This document shows positions 47,332 through 56,457 of a stretch of 64,000 nucleotides of DNA, piece by piece. How positions within the stretch are numbered: the stretch's first letter is position 1; the number at the start of each line of letters is the position of its first letter. Source of the stretch: Clostridia bacterium (GTDB taxonomy: Bacteria; Bacillota; Clostridia; TANB77; CAG-508). The stretch spans positions 67,557 through 131,556 of the forward strand of contig CAAGKK010000041.1 in NCBI GenBank assembly GCA_900770385.1. Direction: 5' to 3'. Under the pieces are notes generated by a model. The model worked only from the letters and a program-made list of their open reading frames with translations. It made no database searches and had not been told where the DNA came from. The position numbers and the translations under genes were made by a program.

Positions 47332-48135
47332 ATGAAAAAATATAATTTTAACCTAAAAAAATTTTGTGTTACTAATATAAAAAAAATAATTATAGCTATA
47401 TGTTCTATAGCTATAATTTTAATTGCCCTAATTCTAATATCAAATTATAAACAAAAAGGAACAGAAAGTTCAACCTTTAGTATTAAACAAATAATTTTAT
47501 ATAATAACGCAAATGTTATTAATTCTTCAAATAATCCTGCTTTAGAAAATCTTTCAATATGTCAATATTCTGATCTATCTGTTTATATAAATAACAATTT
47601 AACTGAAGATTCCACTCTTACTGATAATAATACAATAAAAAAATTATACATAGATAATATATCTATTATATCTAAAAATGATGTTGGTACACAAGCATTA
47701 AATTATAAAAGTCCTGCATACTTTGGAAAATATGCTGAAATAAATAATACAGATAATAAAAAAATTGATTTTAATATTATAACTCTTAACGCTAATAACC
47801 ATACTTCAAATTATAATACCCCATCTTTTTATACCGATTGTTCTAATCCTATTACATTAGGTTATTTAAATACAAATATAATTCAAAATTATTCTGTTTT
47901 AAATTCTAGTAATAAAGTTTCTTATAATGCAAAAATATTAAAAGAAGCAAATATAAATTTGGAAGATATAAATAACACAATAAGTTTTACAATTCATATT
48001 GTAACAAATTCAAATGAAAAATTTTATTGTAATGTTTATATTAACCTTTCATTAGATGATGATTTCTTAAATAATGGTTATTCATTTATGAGTATTCCTA
48101 TAGAAAACGGACAATATAAATTTTATAGAGAGTAA
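47332..48135 (+). CDS. membrane-anchored Asn-rich hypothetical protein
   Basis: 267 aa, one N-terminal TM, no recognised motif. Confidence 0.4.
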   Translation: MKKYNFNLKKFCVTNIKKIIIAICSIAIILIALILISNYKQKGTESSTFSIKQIILYNNANVINSSNNPALENLSICQYSDLSVYINNNLTEDSTLTDNNTIKKLYIDNISIISKNDVGTQALNYKSPAYFGKYAEINNTDNKKIDFNIITLNANNHTSNYNTPSFYTDCSNPITLGYLNTNIIQNYSVLNSSNKVSYNAKILKEANINLEDINNTISFTIHIVTNSNEKFYCNVYINLSLDDDFLNNGYSFMSIPIENGQYKFYRE

Positions 48136-48181
48136 AATTTAAAAGAACGATATTAATATCGTTCTTTTAATATATAATTAT

Positions 48182-49726
48182 TTATCTTTCTGAATGATCA
48201 GTTTTTGCTTTTTTATGTGCTAAACCAGCTCTTACACTTGATCCTGGATCTTCGTCAAATAGTTTTTTAGCTGTAACTCTGAAAAAGTCATTTGATGGTA
48301 AATATAATTTAGACATTACTTTACTATATTCATAATCAATTTGACTTTCATCTTTATATTTTGGTAAATTTAATGATTTAGTTTCAAATATATCTTCTAG
48401 TGCTTGTCTAGGTACAGACATTACAAGAGGTCCAATGAAATTTGGATTACTTACTGCTAAAACCACAGAATCTTGTTTTGCTTCAACAGATTCTGCTTGA
48501 TCTGTTTCTAATGTTATCTCTCCCCAATCTTTAACTTTTATTGAATTATTCAATAATTTCATAACACATACACTTTCTTTAAGTATAATATCTGTTATTT
48601 CTGTGTGTAAGCTATCTATTTCTTTTTTCTCTTCTAAAATTTCATCTTCAAGATCGGTTTCTGTAGATAACTCATTCTTTTTTAGAAACTTATTGTATTG
48701 TCTTTTTGTTTTGGATGATACAATATCTGGATTTCTTGTTAAATATGTTAAAGCTAAATCTTTCTTTAATGCTGCTGTAATCCTATCATCTTCTAATAAA
48801 TCTATTTGTTTATCATATCCATATGTTAATCTGTCTCCTAAGTTTAAAGTTCTAATTACAGCCATTGCTTTTGACAATTCTAATCTTTCTTGTAGATATT
48901 TAGATTGCCAAAATGTATCTAAGAATATTAAATCTTCAATAGACATTTTTTCAAGATTCTCCATTTGAAAATTATCTAAAACTCCTGTTTTAGTATAAAA
49001 TTTATCAGTATCTTTTTTGCCCTTTACTAATTTTCCTTCAGAATCATATACTGTAATCTTTCCATTTTCGTCATAGACAATTCTATTTCCATCACTATCA
49101 TATTCTTCATCTGCAATAGGATTTCTTCTTTCAAAACTTAAATCTTGCAAATTTAATTTTTTTAATGATTCATTAGAATCTTCTATATAATCATCAATAA
49201 ATCCAAAATCATTAAGAAAGCTTACACTTCTTTGTATTGATGATATAATATCCTTTTTTAAAATTCCTGATATATCTGCTTTATTATCTTGTATTAAAGG
49301 CACAAGTTCATTTTTTCTTTTTTTGCCAGAATTTCTAACTATTTGTGCTAAAGATGCTATCATTTGCTCATTCAAGTTCATACTTCCATATATACCTTCT
49401 AAGCTATTTGCCTTGGCTTTAGCTGCCTCAAGTAATTTATTAAATTCTCTTTCATTCCCTTTGCTTAGCTTTAATAATTCTTTGTATGAATCATATTGAG
49501 ACATATAGCAAGGTAGTTTTCTTGTGCTTTTCAATGTATTATCATTTTCTTCATCATATATTTCTAAAAATTCATCATACATTTCTTTTTTAGTTCTCTC
49601 ATTTTCTGGAGAATTTTGAGCAATCTTATCTACATATCTCTTAATTATTTGTATATATTGTTTTGTCTTTTTAGGATCCATATCGTCTTCTTTTATTTCT
49701 TCTACTATTTTCTTAAAATCTTTCAC
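48182..49726 (-). CDS. hypothetical acidic 514-aa protein
   Basis: long uninterrupted ORF in stop-rich DNA, GTG start with GAGGAG RBS; no motif recognised. Confidence 0.45.
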   Translation of the reverse strand: MKDFKKIVEEIKEDDMDPKKTKQYIQIIKRYVDKIAQNSPENERTKKEMYDEFLEIYDEENDNTLKSTRKLPCYMSQYDSYKELLKLSKGNEREFNKLLEAAKAKANSLEGIYGSMNLNEQMIASLAQIVRNSGKKRKNELVPLIQDNKADISGILKKDIISSIQRSVSFLNDFGFIDDYIEDSNESLKKLNLQDLSFERRNPIADEEYDSDGNRIVYDENGKITVYDSEGKLVKGKKDTDKFYTKTGVLDNFQMENLEKMSIEDLIFLDTFWQSKYLQERLELSKAMAVIRTLNLGDRLTYGYDKQIDLLEDDRITAALKKDLALTYLTRNPDIVSSKTKRQYNKFLKKNELSTETDLEDEILEEKKEIDSLHTEITDIILKESVCVMKLLNNSIKVKDWGEITLETDQAESVEAKQDSVVLAVSNPNFIGPLVMSVPRQALEDIFETKSLNLPKYKDESQIDYEYSKVMSKLYLPSNDFFRVTAKKLFDEDPGSSVRAGLAHKKAKTDHSER

Positions 49727-49840
49727 TATTAATATCTCCTCTCAAACAATTATCAATATTATATCATATTGTTTACATAATTTCAAGTATTGCAAATAAA
49801 AATAGATATAAACTTAACATTTATATCTATTTAATATCTC

Positions 49841-50299
49841 TTATTTATTTAGTAAATATATAGCTATATTTAGATACGAAGCAAACAATATCCATAACAT
49901 ATAAGGTATTTGAAGCAAACCTGCTACTTTATTTTTCTTATAAAATCTATATATCATTATCAATACTAGCACATCTAGAATAATAAGCCACAAAAACGAA
50001 AATAGTCTCCACTTAAACAAAAAGAAAAATATAGACCACATTGCATTAAAGAATAATTGTATATAATATATAGAGTCAATATCTTTATCAGTCAAATCAT
50101 TACTTTTTAAAATACCATATGAAATTCCCATTATAATGTATAAAATAGACCAAACAATAGGAAATGCTATTGAAGGTGGTGCAAATTTAGGTTTTATTAA
50201 CACATTGTAGTCTATTCCTTTTGATATAATAAATCCAATTGTTGCACCTATAACAACTGGGATTGCAATTGATTTTGCATAAATTTTAATTTTTTCCAT
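49841..50299 (-). CDS. tspO: TspO/MBR family tryptophan-rich sensory protein
   Basis: 5 TMs; FAPPSIAFPIVWSILYIIMGISYG and Trp-rich loops. Confidence 0.75.
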   Translation of the reverse strand: MEKIKIYAKSIAIPVVIGATIGFIISKGIDYNVLIKPKFAPPSIAFPIVWSILYIIMGISYGILKSNDLTDKDIDSIYYIQLFFNAMWSIFFFLFKWRLFSFLWLIILDVLVLIMIYRFYKKNKVAGLLQIPYMLWILFASYLNIAIYLLNK

Positions 50300-50342
50300 T
50301 TTCTCACCCAGTTATATTTTATTAAGTTATTCTTATATTATT

Positions 50343-51111
50343 CTATAATTCTTTGCAAAAATTTAATTTATCTATAATCTCTTTTCCAATTATTTTATTT
50401 GCAATATCTATTGATTCCTCATATTGTCTAATTTGATCTTTGTAATGAGCATCAATCCCATATATAACTTTAACATTATATTTTGAAGCCACTTTCCAAA
50501 ATTCTTTACAAGGATATTTTATTGTATCTTTTAATTTTGATAGATACATAGATGGTTCTGTTAAATTTATTTCTAACGGAATATCATATTTTTCTGCTGT
50601 TTTATTTTCAATTTGACCAAATTCATTTCTATTAAGCATATATAAATCTGGATGAACAATTATATCTGGTATTTTTAATTCTAAAGCTCTTTTTATATAA
50701 TTAGCATATTTTATTAAGTCGTAATCATCAAAGTCATGTTTTCTAAATATTTTTAAATCAGTATTGTTGTCATTATATATAAAATGTTGTCCCAAAACTA
50801 ATTTATCTGTCATTTGTTTTAATTCTAACAAATTTTGTTCTTCTCCAGGAAGATATTCAACCTCGAAACCGCTTTCTATCTCGATTTTATACTTATACTT
50901 TTCCTTTAAATATTTAACGCTATCTAAATAATCATCAATTTGAGAATACTTCATCCTCATATTATTTCTCTTATCTATTATTTTCTTTTCCGGACAATGA
51001 TCTGTAAAAGCAATCTTTTTTTATAAACTCTTTAACAAAATCCTCATCTGTCATGTCTTTTTGTGCATGTCCACACCTATATGTATGTGTATGATAATTA
51101 AAATTTTGCAT
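50343..51111 (-). pseudogene. PHP-domain phosphatase (HisJ/histidinol-phosphatase-like), split by a frameshift in a 7-nt homopolymer (51016-51022)
   Basis: upstream mini-ORF MQNFNYHTHTYRCGHAQ (PHP motif I) with AGAGGTG RBS; the shifted frame continues KIAFTDHCPEKK... into ORF 50343..50960. Confidence 0.65.
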
Positions 51112-51188
51112 AAATAATACACCTCTTTTTATTTTTTATATTATACTTTTTTTTGGAATATATCATCTTTTCATTACTACCTTCAAAT

Positions 51189-51833
51189 TTATACTATTTC
51201 AACTACCTTTTTGGCTCTTTTAATAAATTCTTTTTTATTAGATAATGCTTGTCTTAATTTTTTGATAGCTTCATCAAATTCTTTATCTTCCAAATATATC
51301 TTTGCATATCCATTTTCTCCATATTTTTCTGTTAAATGTTCATAAACTCTTTCTATTTGTTCTTCTTCAGATAATCCCACATAATTTCTTTTTCCATAAG
51401 AATATGCTCTTTTTATAGTATTATCTATGTCTATAATCGTTCTATCTGCAGTACTTATAATCATTCCATATATACTTCTAGGCTTATGATTACTTGAAGC
51501 TCTATGATCTTCAATCGCTTCTTTTATTGTGTTTATTTGCTCATCTGTAAACCATTGTTTAACTTTCTCATCTTTCATAAAAATTTCTGCAGATATTAAT
51601 TCATGTGTTTTCCTATCTATATAATGTCCTAAATCATGATAGGATGCTATTGTATAAACCATATCTAAATTAACATCATAATTTTTTGATAGCTCAAAAC
51701 TTCTTTTTATTACTGTTTTTATATGTCCTATTCCGTGTCCTTCCTCATTTCTATTATATAATGGAAATATTTCATTTTCTATGTATTTTAATAATTCTAT
51801 ATTTATATTATTACTTTCTAAAGCTATATTCAT
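51189..51833 (-). CDS. HD-domain phosphohydrolase
   Basis: HGIGHIKTV ... YHDLGH. Confidence 0.75.
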   Translation of the reverse strand: MNIALESNNINIELLKYIENEIFPLYNRNEEGHGIGHIKTVIKRSFELSKNYDVNLDMVYTIASYHDLGHYIDRKTHELISAEIFMKDEKVKQWFTDEQINTIKEAIEDHRASSNHKPRSIYGMIISTADRTIIDIDNTIKRAYSYGKRNYVGLSEEEQIERVYEHLTEKYGENGYAKIYLEDKEFDEAIKKLRQALSNKKEFIKRAKKVVEIV

Positions 51834-51984
51834 AATTTCAAACTTACTCCCCTTTTTTCAAATTTTTTATATTATAGTTATATATACTACAAATTTTCAT
51901 AGTATTTTATCAATATTAAAACATATTTATCCTTACATTTGCTTAATTACCATAAAATCTCCAATTTCTAAATTACCTAACCTT

Positions 51985-53169
51985 TTATGTGATATTGGAT
52001 CTATTGTAAATGTTTTTCCCATAAACATTTGTATTTTTACAATTTTTTAATGCCCTTATCCCAATATAATTTTGATATATTAGGAATGGTATACCTACTA
52101 AAAATATAATTTTATAATTATAACTTATCAAGTATCCAGCTATAATATAAGCTATTCCTCTACCTATATATGATAAAATATGTTTTAGATTTGCAAAATG
52201 TAGTTGTAATTCTTTTGGTATTTCGTTTGTTAGTGGTGCATCTATCATAGGACTATAAAAATCACTTAATATATCTATCCACAAAATAGCAATAAAAGAA
52301 AATATAGTATTTTTAGATAATCCTGCTATTAACAAAACAATAATACTTGAAATATTAGCATATTTAAAAAATTTAATTCTATTAATTTTATCACTTCTAA
52401 AAGAAACTACTATTCCAATTCCATTGCAAATTATTTGTAATATAGCCCAAGATATTCCAGCAAAACTTTTATCAATTCCTAAATTTTCTGTAAGTATTAC
52501 CATGAAAAATCCTAAAATTAAATATAACTGCAATCTTCTAGACCAAGAATAATTTATATAATCTTTTGAACTTTTTACTTTTAGAACTTCTTTTGTTATA
52601 TTTTTTTGTTGTAAAACAATCTTTTTATTTTCTATTTTAAATAAAAGTATAAAACAAATAAAGAAGAGTATCATGCATGTAATTATGCAAATTTGATATG
52701 AGGTTAATTTATATAAAGTAATTCCAACAAAAATTCCTGCAATAATAGTTCCAATATTTCCTGCCAAGTCATATAAATTATCTTTTAGTCCAAATAATAC
52801 ATTACTAATTTTTATTTGTGATAATAATGGATACATCCATTGTATAATAAGAGTATCTATTAATAAATCCAAGCAACTTAATAAAATCATAAAATGTTTA
52901 TTCTGCGTAATTATCATATTTAAAAATATTAATACTCTTGATATTAAAGCCAACTGGATACATTTTCTTATTCCACTTTTCATAACTTTATTTCCAATTG
53001 TTAGAGATATAATCGCTGCAATAAATAATGCTACAAAAAAAGTTACTCCTAAACTTTCAATCGATATTCCTCGTTCTAGTAACCATATTGGTTTAAATAT
53101 TTCCCATAATCCTAAAGATAATCCCAATAATATATATACTACATAAATTGTTAAATATTGTTTTTTCAT
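51985..53169 (-). CDS. MFS-type transporter (possible efflux pump)
   Basis: 394 aa, about 12 TMs; preceded by mini-ORFs and hairpins. Confidence 0.55.
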   Translation of the reverse strand: MKKQYLTIYVVYILLGLSLGLWEIFKPIWLLERGISIESLGVTFFVALFIAAIISLTIGNKVMKSGIRKCIQLALISRVLIFLNMIITQNKHFMILLSCLDLLIDTLIIQWMYPLLSQIKISNVLFGLKDNLYDLAGNIGTIIAGIFVGITLYKLTSYQICIITCMILFFICFILLFKIENKKIVLQQKNITKEVLKVKSSKDYINYSWSRRLQLYLILGFFMVILTENLGIDKSFAGISWAILQIICNGIGIVVSFRSDKINRIKFFKYANISSIIVLLIAGLSKNTIFSFIAILWIDILSDFYSPMIDAPLTNEIPKELQLHFANLKHILSYIGRGIAYIIAGYLISYNYKIIFLVGIPFLIYQNYIGIRALKNCKNTNVYGKNIYNRSNIT

Positions 53170-53258
53170 TTCGTACTCCAGTTATTTATATATATATATA
53201 TATCATATATACTAATAAATGTAAAATAAAATTTTATTTTACATTAACTTAGTGTACT

Positions 53259-53312
53259 TTAATATTTTGGATTTTTATTTACTAAATTTAGTACACTAAT
53301 CAATTTTTCCAT
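53259..53312 (-). CDS. candidate 17-codon leader peptide (MEKLISVLNLVNKNPKY)
   Basis: AAGGAGG 8 nt upstream of the ATG; the ORF contains the 5' arm of a 10-bp inverted repeat whose 3' arm starts right after the stop. Confidence 0.3.
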   Translation of the reverse strand: MEKLISVLNLVNKNPKY

Positions 53313-53353
53313 ATATACATCCTCCTTATTCGGTAATTCCACATACATTCCTC

Positions 53354-53637
53354 CTACATATTTTTTATTTCTTCTATCATATTATTAATTTTTTCTTTTT
53401 GGATTTCAATATCGTGCAAATTTAATGCTTTATAACTATAATTCTTTAAAACATTTAACTTTAAATATTTATTTAATCCATATACTGCCTTCTCCAGTTC
53501 TTCTCTTGTTTCTTCTTCTTCGCCACCACCAAGTATGTCATAATATCCTTCTTTATTTCCTTGTTTATATTTAGTTGCTACACATTATTATCTTTTATTA
53601 AATAGCATCTTACCGCTTTTCTTATTAGTTTATCCAT
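53354..53637 (-). pseudogene. small hypothetical gene split by a frameshift
   Basis: AGGAGG RBS plus a 19-codon ORF (MDKLIRKAVRCYLIKDNNV*), then a 77-codon stop-free run with no start codon in a shifted frame (ATKYKQGNKEGYYDILGGGEEEETREELEKAVYGLNKYL...). Confidence 0.35.
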
Positions 53638-53687
53638 CTTTCTCTCCTCCTATTTCCTAATATTTGATTTCACAAGCTAGTTACATA

Positions 53688-54299
53688 TTATTTTTCAATT
53701 TCACTTTCATATTCACCTTTATATTGTTCAAACTTAGCTTTTGCTCTCGGCAATCCTGCATTTGCTGCCATTTTTAAGTAATACTCTGACAATCTTAAAT
53801 TTTTCTCCGTTCCAACTCCATTATAATAAAAATTTGCCCCTAGATCATAAATCGCTGGAAGATGTCCTTGCATTGCACAGTCATGTATTAATTCAAATGC
53901 TTTATTTTTATCTCTTTCAACATTTCCAAATCCAAAATAGTAATAAGCACCTAAACAAAATTTAGAAAATGCTTGTCTTCTCGGGCTTTCTTGCTCTTCA
54001 TTTATAAGCTTTAATAGTGGTTCATAAGCCTCTATATGTATCTGTTTTGCTTTCTCTTTATCTTGTTCTACTCCATCCCCAAAATAATAACAAGCACCAA
54101 CTCCATAAGCACAACGAGGATCTCCTAATTTTTTTCCTTTTTCATACCAGTACATCGCCTTTTCAAAGCTTTGCTCTGCTCCATTCTCTTCACTGTCATA
54201 ACTTCTGCCTAAAATATAATATGCAAATTTATCACCATTTTCAGCTTTTCTTCTTACATCATCCAAATCAAATATTATTGGTTTAATAGTATTATTCAT
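53688..54299 (-). CDS. Sel1-like (SLR/TPR) repeat protein
   Basis: repeated A..WY.KGA..G...A.Y.LG.CYY.G.GV..D..KA pattern. Confidence 0.8.
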   Translation of the reverse strand: MNNTIKPIIFDLDDVRRKAENGDKFAYYILGRSYDSEENGAEQSFEKAMYWYEKGKKLGDPRCAYGVGACYYFGDGVEQDKEKAKQIHIEAYEPLLKLINEEQESPRRQAFSKFCLGAYYYFGFGNVERDKNKAFELIHDCAMQGHLPAIYDLGANFYYNGVGTEKNLRLSEYYLKMAANAGLPRAKAKFEQYKGEYESEIEK

Positions 54300-54846
54300 T
54301 TTCTACTTCTCCTAATTTTTTTAACAAAATATATCTTTTAATATTTTCATCTTTTTGATACCAAGTCTGTTCTGCATATCCTAAATCATTTAAATTCCTT
54401 AAACTATAAACATTTCTAAAAGTTACTTCTGCAATAATATTTTTGATTTCTTTTTCTCTCGCCATCTTCTCAAGATGTTTTATTAATATTTTTTGTAGTC
54501 CATATCCCCTATATTCTGGCAATACAATAACACCATCTATATCAGCACAACTTCCTTTTAAATTAGGAATCATTTGTTTTAATTCTTTCATTCTATTTGA
54601 AACTGATAAGAATATCCATGCAATCATTTTATTATCTAAAAAAGCACCATATATTTCGCCATCATTTATAGGGTCACTAACTATTCTTAAATATGTTTCT
54701 TTTTTGAAAGGTAAAAAGTATCCTTTTTCTTCTTCTTTAAAATTATCTATTACAATATTTTGAATATTGTATATTGAATCTACATCACTGGAAGTACACT
54801 TTCTTATCTTTATATTGTTATTAAAATATTCACAATTCATTTTCAT
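54292..54846 (-). CDS. GNAT family N-acetyltransferase
   Basis: VLPEYRGYGLQKILIKHL acetyl-CoA binding motif A. Confidence 0.8.
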   Translation of the reverse strand: MKMNCEYFNNNIKIRKCTSSDVDSIYNIQNIVIDNFKEEEKGYFLPFKKETYLRIVSDPINDGEIYGAFLDNKMIAWIFLSVSNRMKELKQMIPNLKGSCADIDGVIVLPEYRGYGLQKILIKHLEKMAREKEIKNIIAEVTFRNVYSLRNLNDLGYAEQTWYQKDENIKRYILLKKLGEVENE

Positions 54847-54875
54847 ACTTTACCCCTGCCTTTACATAGTTAATA

Positions 54876-55886
54876 TCAATCCTTTCTTTCTATTTCATCT
54901 TCTTCAAATATTCCATTCCAGAAATTATTATCGCTAAATTTTAGTCCTTTTTCACTCTCATTATACCAAAATTTATCTTCTTCAGATGTTTCTCCTTGAC
55001 TAATTAAATAACTTATTTGCAAAATTCCCATTGCGTTAGCAATGTCAAAAAATATTGGAAATACTTCTTTTTCATAATCAGTCAATTTATTATATTTTTC
55101 ATATTCTTTCAAAATCATCTTTGTTTTACTTCTTGTTTCTTTAATATTCTCTGGATTTAAACATAAATTACAAGAACTCACTGCCAAATCTACAATTCTA
55201 GGCAAGTAATTAGATACTGCGAAATCTATTATCCATAATTTCCCGTTATTATCTTTCATAATGTTAGTGCTTATTATATCTCCATGTGTAAAAGCATATG
55301 GTAATTTTTTCATATCAATATCTTTAAAACGAATTAATAATTCACTTAATTTTTTATAATCTCTTTCATTTAAATATTGTTTTTTATCTTCAAACTCTTC
55401 TATAAAATTTACAATTGCCCATTTATCATATATAAACGCTGAATTTAATTGCTGTTTATGTATATTTGCCATTTGCCTTATAATTTCTTTTATTTCATCT
55501 TCATTTGGAATAATTCCTAAATCAAAAAAACTATTACCATTTATATAGTCAAACAAACATAATCTATATTTTACACCATCTACTTCAATCATACATTCAC
55601 TTCCATTATTTGTTTTGTACAACTTTGGTGTGTTTATATCAGTAGATAATGCTAATTCAATTCTGTCAATATAATTTTTACAATCTTTATCTGTTCTTTC
55701 TTTATGAAATATTTTCACACAATATTTTCCTGTTGTTGTTTCTAATATATAATTAAAATCTTCATAACCTACAGTAATTATTGTATCAGAAATATATTCG
55801 CCCACTTCATACTCATTGCATATCAATCTTGAAATTCTGCTTAAGTCGGTGTTTAAATTAATCCTATCTTTAAATTCTTGTTCCAT
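54876..55886 (-). CDS. aminoglycoside/small-molecule phosphotransferase (APH family)
   Basis: FTHGDIISTNIM....LWIIDFAVS (HxDxxxxN ... D) kinase motifs. Confidence 0.8.
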   Translation of the reverse strand: MEQEFKDRINLNTDLSRISRLICNEYEVGEYISDTIITVGYEDFNYILETTTGKYCVKIFHKERTDKDCKNYIDRIELALSTDINTPKLYKTNNGSECMIEVDGVKYRLCLFDYINGNSFFDLGIIPNEDEIKEIIRQMANIHKQQLNSAFIYDKWAIVNFIEEFEDKKQYLNERDYKKLSELLIRFKDIDMKKLPYAFTHGDIISTNIMKDNNGKLWIIDFAVSNYLPRIVDLAVSSCNLCLNPENIKETRSKTKMILKEYEKYNKLTDYEKEVFPIFFDIANAMGILQISYLISQGETSEEDKFWYNESEKGLKFSDNNFWNGIFEEDEIERKD

Positions 55887-55892
55887 TAACTT

Positions 55893-56078
55893 TTATTCCT
55901 CCATATACCATTGTTTTAAAAATATACATTTGTTTTTCTCATTTAATTTTATTTGATATATCATGTCATATGATATTGTATCTTTTAAAATAAAGTTAAC
56001 AATACAACATTCATCATTTTCACATAGTATGTTGAACTCAATATCGCTAGTATCTTGTTCTTCTATCTCTTCCCACAT
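55893..56078 (-). CDS. hypothetical acidic 61-aa protein
   Basis: ORF abutting the APH gene; no motif. Confidence 0.3.
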   Translation of the reverse strand: MWEEIEEQDTSDIEFNILCENDECCIVNFILKDTISYDMIYQIKLNEKNKCIFLKQWYMEE

Positions 56079-56457
56079 TTTTCTAATTTCTTTTATAGTA
56101 TTTATTTTCTCTGTAGATACATTCTCAATTTTCCCAGTATTTCAAGCATTTAGTTCAATTTTCTAAAAAATAATTTATGTGTTTACACTTACCACTTAAA
56201 CAATTACTTTAACTTTCACACCCAAATTTTGATGTTTTTCTTTGCCAAATCTGCCTTTTTGTTCAAAAGTTATAATTTCTGAAACTATATCAAAATCAAG
56301 TATTACATGTTTTGTTTTAGTTGTAGCACTGCTACACACTCCACATGACGTGTTCGTTAATTATGAATAGTTGCTTTTTATCTGTTTGGGTATAACTGAC
56401 TACTACATAATAAACACTTTTAATTGTTGAATGTTTATTATGTATATATCAATTTTC

